A stretch of 64,000 nt of DNA, taken from positions 68,894 to 132,893 of the forward strand of contig JAJYXV010000003.1 in the NCBI GenBank assembly GCA_021801565.1. The letters are read 5' to 3'. Shown piece by piece: positions 50,029 through 58,791 of the stretch. The position numbers were made by a program, and so were the translations under genes. The stretch comes from a bacterium (GTDB lineage: Bacteria > Patescibacteriota > Minisyncoccia > UBA6257 > GWB1-50-10). Every line of letters starts with the position of its first letter. The stretch's first letter is position 1. The notes beneath the pieces are model-generated. The model was not told the DNA's origin, did not search any database, and was given only the letters and a program-made list of their open reading frames with translations.

Positions 50029-50280
50029 TCACGAATTTTTTTTATATTGTTTTATTAATTTTTCTTTTTCAATTCTTTTATCTTTGAGTCTTCGTTCATA
50101 GTTTCTCGCTTCATATTCACTCAAAAATTCTCTAATAAAAACAAGTTCAAAAGGTCGATATGATCTTGTTGATCGTGTTTTTCCTAGATTACGCTCTTCG
50201 ATACGCCTACCGATATTGTCGGTGCTTCCAATATAATACCAGTTCCTTTCGCAACTTTTTAACATGTAGACAAACCACAT
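50029..50280 (-). CDS. Stand-alone GIY-YIG nuclease (~83 aa)
   Basis: FVYMLKS....WYYIGST.NI.RR...N.GK..ST..YRP.ELV....F.....AR.YE..LK. Confidence 0.9.
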   Translation of the reverse strand: MWFVYMLKSCERNWYYIGSTDNIGRRIEERNLGKTRSTRSYRPFELVFIREFLSEYEARNYERRLKDKRIEKEKLIKQYKKNS

Positions 50281-50302
50281 GTAAGGTAAAAATACCAATA
50301 AA

Positions 50303-51412
50303 TTAGACTATTTTCAACTGCTCTATAATCGCTGTCTCAAGCGGAATGATAGGGAATTGGCTGTAGCGCATCTGGCCATAGGCGGTGATAAGCGATTGGA
50401 TGAGTCCGGTGTGTGCATCGGTGAAAAGTTTTGAGTGTGCAAGAAGTATTTTCAGATGATCTTCCGAAAGTTCTTTCGTCATAAGTTCTGCCATACTTGG
50501 TGCGTATTTTAAGACTGCAACACGACGAAGATATTGGAGAAGATCTTTGGTGAATTGCGGAAGGTTGTATCCGCCATTTTCGATGTGGGAAAGCGCGACA
50601 AGTGATTTATCGAGATTTTTTTTGAGTAATAATTCTGCGAACTCGGAAAGTTTTCCGAATCCTACCTTCCCAATTGTTTTTTCCACATCTTCAAGAGATA
50701 TCTCTCCTTTTCCGAATGAAATGAGTTGATCAAGAAGCGATTCAGCATCGCGGAAACTTCCTTCGGCCGATGTGGCAATAAGATCAAGCGCGTCGGGAGA
50801 AATTTCTATTTTTTCATTTTTGATTATTTTTGTAAGTTTCTCGATGATCCGTTTTACCGTGACTCGCTCAAAGAAAAACTGCTGTGTGCGTGAACTGATT
50901 GTTGAGGGGACGCGATCCACCTCGGTGGTTGCGAGTATAATAACAATGTATTCCGGCGGTTCTTCAAGTGTTTTCAAAAGTGCATTCCATGCATCTTTTG
51001 TGAGCATGTGGGCTTCATCAATGATGAACACTTTATATCGTCCTATATTTGGCCCAACACGAATTCCTTCTTTTAAATTTCTAATTTCATCAATTCCACG
51101 GTTTGATGCGCCATCAATTTCTATCGTGTCCAAACTTCGTCCTTCGTCGATTTCTTTGCATGTTTTACATTCATTGCACGGTTCTCCTTTTTTCCTGAAT
51201 ATTGCGTCTTTCATACGTGTTTCGCAGTTTGCAATTTTTGCGATAAGACGCGCGGTTGTTGTTTTTCCCGTGCCACGCGGTCCCGCAAAAAGGTATGCGT
51301 GCGAAAGTTTATCGCGTTTTGCCGCTTCTTTTAAAATACGAACAATTATTTCTTGTCCTAGAAGATCATTGAATGTTGCGGGACGATATTTTCGATATAT
51401 AGCGATGGGCAT
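50303..51412 (-). CDS. dnaX: DNA polymerase III gamma/tau (short)
   Basis: YRKYRP..F, HAYLF.GPRGTGKTT.AR, IDEAHML, NALLKTLEEPP, GS.RDA.SLLDQ. Confidence 0.96.
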   Translation of the reverse strand: MPIAIYRKYRPATFNDLLGQEIIVRILKEAAKRDKLSHAYLFAGPRGTGKTTTARLIAKIANCETRMKDAIFRKKGEPCNECKTCKEIDEGRSLDTIEIDGASNRGIDEIRNLKEGIRVGPNIGRYKVFIIDEAHMLTKDAWNALLKTLEEPPEYIVIILATTEVDRVPSTISSRTQQFFFERVTVKRIIEKLTKIIKNEKIEISPDALDLIATSAEGSFRDAESLLDQLISFGKGEISLEDVEKTIGKVGFGKLSEFAELLLKKNLDKSLVALSHIENGGYNLPQFTKDLLQYLRRVAVLKYAPSMAELMTKELSEDHLKILLAHSKLFTDAHTGLIQSLITAYGQMRYSQFPIIPLETAIIEQLKIV

Positions 51413-51423
51413 ATGAAATTATT

Positions 51424-51458
51424 ATAACTAATAACCGACAACCTACAACTCACAATAA
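51424..51458. repeat. Degenerate heptamer tandem repeat upstream of dnaX
   Basis: ATAACTA ATAACCG ACAACCT ACAACTC ACAATAA. Confidence 0.6.
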
Positions 51459-51508
51459 AATAAGGAATAAGTTCGTACTTATCAAAAAATACTATATACT
51501 TACTATAT

Positions 51509-51964
51509 ATGGCAGATTTTATACTCAAATGTTCATTATTTAAGGAAGATGGAATAATTCCTGCACGCTACACGTGCGATGGAGAAAATATAAATCCGCT
51601 TTTGGAAATTAGAGGAGTGCCCAAAGAAGCAAAAAGTTTGGTGCTTATTATGGACGATCCTGACGCGACGAATGGAAAGGTATGGGATCACTGGATTCTA
51701 TGGAATATTAATCCAAAGACACAATACATTTCGGAAGATTCTCTTCCACTTGATGTGGTGGTTGGAATGAACAGCTGGGGAAGTGCCCGGTATGGAGGTC
51801 CATGTCCACCACATGGCACTGTACCACATCGGTATATGTTTAAATTATATGCACTTGATGTTGTTCTTGATTTTCCTTCTGATACAAAAAAGCAGGAACT
51901 AGAACGAGCGATTGAAAGTCATGTGATTGCACGGACAGATCTCATGGGAAAATATGGAAGGTAA
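51509..51964 (+). CDS. YbhB/YbcL (PEBP) family protein
   Basis: YTCDG..INP.L, DDPDA, WDHW..WNI, YGGPCPP, HRY.F.LYALD. Confidence 0.93.
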   Translation: MADFILKCSLFKEDGIIPARYTCDGENINPLLEIRGVPKEAKSLVLIMDDPDATNGKVWDHWILWNINPKTQYISEDSLPLDVVVGMNSWGSARYGGPCPPHGTVPHRYMFKLYALDVVLDFPSDTKKQELERAIESHVIARTDLMGKYGR

Positions 51965-52003
51965 ATAACATTCCAATGTTCTTGAGAACATTGGAATGTT
52001 ATT
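51964..52003. repeat. 18-bp-stem palindrome, AATGTTCT..AGAACATT family
   Basis: AATAACATTCCAATGTTC-TTGA-GAACATTGGAATGTTATT; 20 bp identical to 29285-29304. Confidence 0.85.
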
Positions 52004-52011
52004 ATATAAAT

Positions 52012-52410
52012 ATGAAACAGCCACAAAATGATTCAAAATATGAGTGGACTGGGCACGCATGGGAAAAGATGCAATATTATGGAATCTCCGAAGGGAGAAT
52101 AAAACGCATTATCCGTTTTCCTTCGCGCATTGAAGAAGGAATTGCTGAAAATACAGTTGCGGTGATGCAGCCCGCAGGCACAAAAAACTATCAGGAGATA
52201 TGGGTGATGTACACGCTCGCGCAAGCACGAGCAAATCTCAAATCTCAAAAATCAAATCTCAAAGGTAAGATAGAAAATAATCTAAAACAATTTTTAGGGA
52301 ATTCTGGGAAAAAATTTCGAATTATCACCGCGTGGCGATATCCTGGAAAAAGTTCAGAAAGAGATCCTATTCCTGAAGACATTATGATAGAAATCAAAAG
52401 TTTGCTTTGA
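52012..52410 (+). CDS. Hypothetical protein (DUF4258-like pattern) with internal heptamer repeat
   Basis: WT.HA..KM..YGISE..IK.IIR.P, IITAWRYPG; CAAATCT repeats at 52232-52263. Confidence 0.65.
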   Translation: MKQPQNDSKYEWTGHAWEKMQYYGISEGRIKRIIRFPSRIEEGIAENTVAVMQPAGTKNYQEIWVMYTLAQARANLKSQKSNLKGKIENNLKQFLGNSGKKFRIITAWRYPGKSSERDPIPEDIMIEIKSLL

Positions 52411-52418
52411 ATAGTAAT

Positions 52419-52961
52419 ATGTCAGGAAGATCAATAAAAAGAATATTAGATCAGAAATTTTTCAATCGTGATACAATCTTGGTGGCAAAAGAACTTCTTG
52501 GAAAAACACTTGTAAGAAAAATAAGGGGGAAAGAAATGAAATGCATAATTACAGAAACGGAAGTATATGATGGATTTTATGACAAAGCATCTCATGCTTC
52601 GCGCGGAAAAACAAAACGAAACATAATTATGTTTGGTCCCGCAGGATATTGGTACATATATTTTACCTACGGAATGCATTGGATGCTTAATATTGTTACG
52701 CGTGAAAAAGAATATCCTGCTGCGATACTAATTCGCGGTGCAGTTACAGAAGACGGAAGGATACTTAATGGTCCAGCGAAGCTTACAAAATTTTTGCATA
52801 TCGATAGGAAGTTGAATGGAAAAAAAGCTGAGAAAAAAAATAACTTGTGGTTTGAGAAAGGAGGAGAGGTGCCAAGGTTAAATATAAAAATGTCTGCACG
52901 TATAGGCATTAACTATGCCGGAATGTATTGGTCAAAACGTAAATTGAGATTTTATTATTAA
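52419..52961 (+). CDS. 3-methyladenine DNA glycosylase (MPG)
   Basis: VAKELLGK.L, I.ETE.Y.G..D.ASHA, YIYFTYGMH..LNIV, AILIRG, GPAKL, RIGI. Confidence 0.92.
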   Translation: MSGRSIKRILDQKFFNRDTILVAKELLGKTLVRKIRGKEMKCIITETEVYDGFYDKASHASRGKTKRNIIMFGPAGYWYIYFTYGMHWMLNIVTREKEYPAAILIRGAVTEDGRILNGPAKLTKFLHIDRKLNGKKAEKKNNLWFEKGGEVPRLNIKMSARIGINYAGMYWSKRKLRFYY

Positions 52962-52990
52962 AAAAGACGTCTTAAATAGAAACGTCTTTT

Positions 52991-53632
52991 TTATACATAT
53001 CGTTTTATAATATGATGTATGCGGACAAAAAATTCTCTCAATAACCAAAAAAATATATTTCGCGTCCACCATTGCAACGAATTTCTATCAAAACTCTTTG
53101 GTTGGACTTCTGAAACAAATGGAAATTTCCCAGAAAGTTTTTTTACCATGCATGCCACTCTTACAATTTGCATTTTATGTGCGGCAACAATCGGATGAGA
53201 TAATTTTTTTTCTTCCATTGCCTTGAGTGATGCAATAACAACCGATCGTGTATCAAAATATTTACTTTCTTCAGGCGGCCAAATACAGGTGATGTACTTT
53301 TTGTTTCTCTCATACCAATCACTTGGAAATGCAACGGCAATTTCCCATTGCACTATCGCTGGAATATAGCGCCTTTGCATGTAATCCATTATTCCATTAG
53401 CAATTTCTTTATTCGGTTTTCCGGGGTCAAAATTTTTTGTGCGTATCCACTCAAGTATTTTTTCATCTGATTCAAATTCATTGAATTTTTCATTAAGTAT
53501 TTTCAGATCTGTTTCAGTGAAAGAATTTCTTCCGAATGCCTGGGCGAGCATTACGTCTCCCTCATATATTTTCTTGCTTTCAGGCATGCCGCACCAGAAA
53601 AAGGTGTATCGGATGAGGTTTTTGAGTTTCAT
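52991..53632 (-). CDS. Hypothetical protein
   Basis: 213-aa ORF; AQAFG, QWEIA, Y.DT, QWWTR motifs (DUF218-like pattern, inference). Confidence 0.65.
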   Translation of the reverse strand: MKLKNLIRYTFFWCGMPESKKIYEGDVMLAQAFGRNSFTETDLKILNEKFNEFESDEKILEWIRTKNFDPGKPNKEIANGIMDYMQRRYIPAIVQWEIAVAFPSDWYERNKKYITCIWPPEESKYFDTRSVVIASLKAMEEKKLSHPIVAAHKMQIVRVACMVKKLSGKFPFVSEVQPKSFDRNSLQWWTRNIFFWLLREFFVRIHHIIKRYV

Positions 53633-53707
53633 GTTTTTCCCCTTATATAATTGATAAATTCTATGTTTATCATAGTATTAAGTTATATAAGTTCAAGGAT
53701 TCTATTT

Positions 53708-53832
53708 ATCCCGTTAAAAACAATAAAAACATAGAAACAAAGATGAATACCATAATTATGCAAATATATGTATCCAAAAAGGTCTTATTTAGAACATACG
53801 GAAGTGTAGACATTTCCTGTTTCTAACGGGAT
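53708..53832. mobile_element. MITE-like element with 15-bp TIRs overlapping the ychF start codon
   Basis: ATCCCGTTAAAAACA ... TGTTTCTAACGGGAT (1 mismatch); AT-rich non-coding interior. Confidence 0.6.
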
Positions 53833-54847
53833 GAAATTATCAATTGGCATTGTAGGTCTTCCTAATGTGGGGAAATCAACGCTTTTTAAGGCTCTGACCG
53901 CACAGGAAGTGCATATCGCAAATTATCCGTTTGCGACGATTGATCCAAATGTAGGAGTAGTGCCAGTTCCTGATGAGCGGGTTGATGCACTTGCAAAATT
54001 AAGTAATTCAAAAAAGAAAGTTCCTGCAGTTGTCGAGTTTTACGATATTGCGGGACTTGTGAAAGGAGCAAATCAGGGTGAGGGATTGGGAAATCAATTT
54101 CTTTCGCACATTCGTGAATGCAAAGCGGTGGTGCAAGTGGTTCGCTGTTTTTCTTCGGGAGAAATTATTCATGTCGAAGGTAACACAAATCCAGAAAGAG
54201 ACATTGATATCATCAACACCGAGTTATTATTAAAAGATCTTGATACGATTGAGAAACGATATCACAAAGCAGAGTCGGAAGCGCGAAGCGGAAAAAAAGA
54301 AATGGTGGTGGTGCGGGATGCACTTAAAAAAATAAAAGATGAAATTGAAAAAGGGGTTCCTCTTTTCACGCTCCCAAATCATTCTGAAATTCTTGAAAGT
54401 ATTAAAATGATTGGAGATTTAGGATTATTAACTGCAAAGGCACAAATTTTTCTTTTAAACGGAAATGAAAGCGATGTAAGCGACGCACTCAAAGAAAAAA
54501 TAAAAAAGATGAACGCGGAGTATGTAATTGCCGATTTGAGTTCGGGAAATGCCATTCCGGAACTTATTAAGAGTGCATATAAAATTTTGGATCTTATGAG
54601 TTTTCTTACTACCGGAGAAGATGAAACACGTGCATGGACAATTGAGAGAGGATCAAAAGCACCACAAGCGGCAGGTACCATTCACACTGATTTTGAGCAG
54701 AAATTTATACGGGCTGAAGTTATTTCGTACGAAAAACTTGTGCAGGCGGGCGGATGGGTGCAGGCAAAACAAAAGGGCTGGTTACGCCTTGAGGGAAAAG
54801 ATTATATTGTACAGGACGGAGATGTAATGGTAATAAGACATGGATAA
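53831..54847 (+). CDS. ychF: Redox-regulated ATPase YchF
   Basis: GIVGLPNVGKSTLF, NYPFATIDPN, DIAGLVKGA..GEGLGN.FL, AAG.IHTDF, EGKDYIVQDGD. Confidence 0.96.
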   Translation: MKLSIGIVGLPNVGKSTLFKALTAQEVHIANYPFATIDPNVGVVPVPDERVDALAKLSNSKKKVPAVVEFYDIAGLVKGANQGEGLGNQFLSHIRECKAVVQVVRCFSSGEIIHVEGNTNPERDIDIINTELLLKDLDTIEKRYHKAESEARSGKKEMVVVRDALKKIKDEIEKGVPLFTLPNHSEILESIKMIGDLGLLTAKAQIFLLNGNESDVSDALKEKIKKMNAEYVIADLSSGNAIPELIKSAYKILDLMSFLTTGEDETRAWTIERGSKAPQAAGTIHTDFEQKFIRAEVISYEKLVQAGGWVQAKQKGWLRLEGKDYIVQDGDVMVIRHG

Positions 54848-54920
54848 TCTGAAAAATTATCTTTCACCAGAACAAATATTGAAGTAGGGACGTATTGTCG
54901 TAGGAAACGAAGATTTATGA

Positions 54921-55301
54921 CTAAATTTTAATTGAAGATGTTTTTTTTGATGAAAGAACGAAAAGCGCAAGTGCCGATGTTATAAGCCCAAAGTCTTTAT
55001 ATGTTGATAAATCAACTCCGTTTATTATAAGTGCAAGAAGAAATTGCCAAAATAAAATGAATGAGAAAAATCTTACAAAGATGCCGGCGAGCAAGCATAT
55101 TCCGGCGATAATTTGAAATGCTGAAAATATTTTTACAAAAAGAGCTAAATTTGGGAGGAATAAAAAAAAGTTTGTAAGAAATGGAAATAATTCTCCTTGG
55201 TCTGAAAATATGGAGAGACCTATGTAGATAAGCACAAATCCGAGACCAAGTCGTAATATATGATCAGGATGTATCTCTAATTTCTTTAACATATTCTTCA
55301 T
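54921..55301 (-). CDS. DoxX-family membrane protein
   Basis: LRLGLG...I..G, G..LL.G.F.R, KD.GL. Confidence 0.7.
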   Translation of the reverse strand: MKNMLKKLEIHPDHILRLGLGFVLIYIGLSIFSDQGELFPFLTNFFLFLPNLALFVKIFSAFQIIAGICLLAGIFVRFFSFILFWQFLLALIINGVDLSTYKDFGLITSALALFVLSSKKTSSIKI

Positions 55302-55321
55302 TTCATTATACAATAAGAAGC

Positions 55322-56041
55322 ATGGATGCTGTGTATGAGTTAAAATTAGAGTCATATAAAGGACCACTTGAAAAACTTCTTGAACTTATTGAAGAAAAAA
55401 AGATGGAAATCACTTCCGTAAACATTGCTGAGGTAACGGGAGATTTTTTGCAGTATATTGAGACATTTGGGACGGATGAAAAAACACGGGAGTATATTGC
55501 CGACTTCCTTGTTGTGGCATCAAAGCTTATTCTTATTAAATCAAAAGTGCTTCTTCCTTCCCTTCCTCTTACTGAAGAGGAGGAGTCTGAGATATCAAAT
55601 TTTGAAGCCCGCCTGAAACTTTACCAGGAATTAAAACATATGCAGCCATACATAAAGAATAATTGGAAAGAATTTCCACAGATGATGCATCGTGAATTCC
55701 TTATGACCATGGGTCCTCTTTTTTATCCACCAAAGCATCTTACTTCAGAAGATTTATATAATTCCATTCAAAAAGCATTTGGAGAATTACAAAAAATATT
55801 ACGTCCGGTAGAAATCATAAAAGCTGAAATAATCAATCTCAAAGAAAAAATAAATGAAGTATTTTCACGCCTTACCGATTCGCCAATGCTCTTCAAAAAC
55901 TTAAGGGAGGGAAAAACAAAGGGGGAGGTAGTGGTGCTTTTTCTCGCAATTTTACATCTTATTAAGGACCAACTTATTCACGTTGAGCAAGAGAAACATT
56001 TTGCCGATATGACTGTTGCAAAAACACAAAAAAGTCAATAA
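55322..56041 (+). CDS. scpA: Segregation/condensation protein A
   Basis: Y.GPLE.LL.LI, FLV.AS.L..IKS..LLP, FLAIL.L.K. Confidence 0.93.
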   Translation: MDAVYELKLESYKGPLEKLLELIEEKKMEITSVNIAEVTGDFLQYIETFGTDEKTREYIADFLVVASKLILIKSKVLLPSLPLTEEEESEISNFEARLKLYQELKHMQPYIKNNWKEFPQMMHREFLMTMGPLFYPPKHLTSEDLYNSIQKAFGELQKILRPVEIIKAEIINLKEKINEVFSRLTDSPMLFKNLREGKTKGEVVVLFLAILHLIKDQLIHVEQEKHFADMTVAKTQKSQ

Positions 56042-56059
56042 CATACAATAAGTTTTTAT

Positions 56060-56704
56060 ATGAACGAAGAAATACAAAAAAAAATTCCGGAACTTGAGTC
56101 GCTTTTATTTCATTTTGGAAATCCACTTTCAACAAAACGCATTGCGTCCATATTAAAAATGAAAGAAAATGAATGTAAAGAACTCATTTCTTTGTTTGAA
56201 AACAGAATGCGTGAAGACATATTCCGTGGACTTATGCTTGTAAAAAATGGAGATGAAGTGCAGTTAGCAACAAAACCGGAATATCAACATATAAGCGGAA
56301 AAATTGTTGAAGAGGAATTTAAGGAACAACTCACTCCCGCTGCGCTTGAAACATTATCACTTATTGCTTACCTTGGTCCTATATCGCGCCCGACAATTGA
56401 TTATATCCGGGGGGTAAACTCAAGTTTCATCGTACGTAATCTTTTAATGAGGGGTTTGATTGGAAGAGAGCAGGGGATCGAAAGAAAAAATACATATGAA
56501 TATTCAGTAACATTTGATTTTTTGAAACATATGGGAATTGGAAATATTTCAGAACTTCCCGAATATGAGAAATATAAGAAAATATTTGAAGATTACGAAC
56601 AACAGGAATTTCAGCATAAAGAAGAAGAAAAACAATCTTTTTTATCTCCACAACTGGCTGAAACAAGAGAGGAACAGCAACAAAATGGCATATCACATCA
56701 ATGA
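56060..56704 (+). CDS. scpB: Segregation/condensation protein B
   Basis: LE.LLF, L..AALETL..IAY..P.SR..I..IRGVN, T..FL...G. Confidence 0.93.
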   Translation: MNEEIQKKIPELESLLFHFGNPLSTKRIASILKMKENECKELISLFENRMREDIFRGLMLVKNGDEVQLATKPEYQHISGKIVEEEFKEQLTPAALETLSLIAYLGPISRPTIDYIRGVNSSFIVRNLLMRGLIGREQGIERKNTYEYSVTFDFLKHMGIGNISELPEYEKYKKIFEDYEQQEFQHKEEEKQSFLSPQLAETREEQQQNGISHQ

Positions 56705-57657
56705 ATATACGTTGGCAATCACTCATTCTTATATTGATTATTTTAATTTCAGTAACGCTTACAAAGATTGATTTTGGAAATGCGGGTATTTTTCCTTCTG
56801 AAAAGAATACAGAACCGAAGTCATCCACAAACCAAAACTCTGCTCTTACTGAAGAAGGGGGAATTCGTCCTGGGGTTGAAACAAATAATCAGAAATTTCC
56901 GACACGCATCTGGAGTGTACTGGATCCGGAAATAAAAGCACAAGCTGTGCTTATTCAATCTCTTGATGGTGGTTTTCCATTTCTCCATTACAACACATAC
57001 AAACAGTGGCCAATTGCATCAATATCAAAACTTATGACTGCAGTAGTGGTATTGGAAAATATTGGAGAAAATAAAAAAATTCCAATAAGTGAAAATGCAG
57101 TACTTACAGAAGGAGTTGCGGGAGATTTGAAGAGTGGAGAAGTATATTCGGCAACCGATCTTATAAAAATTATGCTTCTTACTTCCTCTAATGATGCCGC
57201 TGTTGCATTTGAAGAATACAGTGGTGGACCGGATGAGTTTGTGCGTTTGTTGAATAAAAAGGCGAGAGAATTGGGGATGAGCGATACGATATTTTATGAT
57301 GGGTCTGGACTTTCTGATTTAAATGTTTCTACTGCGAATGATCTTTTAATTTTAGTGAAATATATTATTGAGAAACATCCCGAAATTTTTTCATGGACCC
57401 GCACCAGCAGTTTTCTTGTAGAGCCACTCAATGATACGAAGACCCGGACCGTTACGAGCATCATTCCGTTTCTTGATAACAGAAATTTTCTTGGAGGAAA
57501 GACGGGTACTATTGAATCTTCACATGAGAACTTTTTAGGAATATTCTTATTAAAGAACTATCGAGTGGCAACGATTGTGTTGGGAAGTCCGAATAGGGTA
57601 GAAGAAGTTCCGGCATTGTTACAATGGGTCGAACAAGCATATACATTTCCTCAATAA
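56701..57657 (+). CDS. S11 D-Ala-D-Ala carboxypeptidase
   Basis: ASISK (SxxK), SSND (SxN), GGKTG. Confidence 0.9.
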   Translation: MNIRWQSLILILIILISVTLTKIDFGNAGIFPSEKNTEPKSSTNQNSALTEEGGIRPGVETNNQKFPTRIWSVLDPEIKAQAVLIQSLDGGFPFLHYNTYKQWPIASISKLMTAVVVLENIGENKKIPISENAVLTEGVAGDLKSGEVYSATDLIKIMLLTSSNDAAVAFEEYSGGPDEFVRLLNKKARELGMSDTIFYDGSGLSDLNVSTANDLLILVKYIIEKHPEIFSWTRTSSFLVEPLNDTKTRTVTSIIPFLDNRNFLGGKTGTIESSHENFLGIFLLKNYRVATIVLGSPNRVEEVPALLQWVEQAYTFPQ

Positions 57658-57660
57658 AAC

Positions 57661-58707
57661 ATGGTGTTATTTGAAGCAATACGGGCACTTATCATGTTTG
57701 CGATGGCCTTTGTCATCGCTCTTTTGATTACCCCATTTGTATTTCATCTTTTAAGAAAATTTGACTTCAATAAGAAAAACATTCGAGATGAAAAAAGTGC
57801 CCCAATTTTTTACCAGCATCATAAAGACAAATCTTCTACGCCGACAATGGGCGGAGTGATCATTTGGGGAACGGTGGTAGGTATTGCATTTGTGTTCTTT
57901 ATTGCAAGTGCTATCTTTGGGGGATTTGCAAACTATTTCAATTTTGTGAACCGCGCGGAAACGTATGTTCCGCTTGCCGCACTTCTTTTTGCGGCACTTG
58001 TGGGTCTCGCCGATGATTTATTTGGTATTTTAGGAATTGGTCCGCATGGAGGGGGATTAAAGATAAAGCATAAACTTTTTCTTTATACAATTGTTTCACT
58101 TGTGGGAGCGTGGTGGTTTTATTTTCGACTTGGATGGAGCACAGTCTATGTCCCTTTTTTGGGAAATATAGAACTCGGGTGGTGGTATATTCCGTTTTTT
58201 GTTTTCATTATCGTGGCCACAGCATTTTCTTCAAATGAAACCGATGGATTGGATGGACTTGCGGCAGGAGTAATGTTTTTTGCATTTGGTGCGTTTGCAA
58301 TTGTCTCATTTGTAATGCATCGCTATGATCTTTCAGTGATGAATGCAGCGCTTTTAGGTGCGCTTCTTGCATTTCTTTGGTTTAACATCCATCCCGCGAA
58401 ATTTTTTATGGGAGATACCGGATCAATGTCTTTAGGAATCACGCTTGGGGTGATGGCAATGGTAACAAACACCGCATTTTTTCTTCCGTTTTTTGGACTC
58501 ATTCTGGTTGTTGAATCACTTTCTGTAATTGTTCAGACAATAAGCAAAAAAATATTTAAAAGAAAAATATTTCTTTCAACGCCGATTCATCATCATTTTC
58601 AGGGGATTGGATGGCCGGAAAGTCAAATTACCATGCGATTTTGGATTATTTCTGCAGTGATGACCATATTTGGTCTTGTGTTGTTCTTCCTTGCCCGCTT
58701 TGTTTAG
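57661..58707 (+). CDS. mraY: Phospho-N-acetylmuramoyl-pentapeptide transferase
   Basis: TPTMGG, GLADD, N.TDGLDGL, PAK.FMGDTGS, PIHHHF. Confidence 0.96.
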   Translation: MVLFEAIRALIMFAMAFVIALLITPFVFHLLRKFDFNKKNIRDEKSAPIFYQHHKDKSSTPTMGGVIIWGTVVGIAFVFFIASAIFGGFANYFNFVNRAETYVPLAALLFAALVGLADDLFGILGIGPHGGGLKIKHKLFLYTIVSLVGAWWFYFRLGWSTVYVPFLGNIELGWWYIPFFVFIIVATAFSSNETDGLDGLAAGVMFFAFGAFAIVSFVMHRYDLSVMNAALLGALLAFLWFNIHPAKFFMGDTGSMSLGITLGVMAMVTNTAFFLPFFGLILVVESLSVIVQTISKKIFKRKIFLSTPIHHHFQGIGWPESQITMRFWIISAVMTIFGLVLFFLARFV

Positions 58708-58747
58708 ACGCGGATTTATACTGATTTAGCTGATTAATACTGATAAT
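58708..58747. repeat. Degenerate 9-10-nt tandem repeat after mraY
   Basis: ACGCGGAT TTATACTGAT TTAGCTGAT TAATACTGAT AAT. Confidence 0.5.
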
Positions 58748-58791
58748 ATATAAAACTTGATAAAATTGCATTTTAGTGATATAATCAAAAT

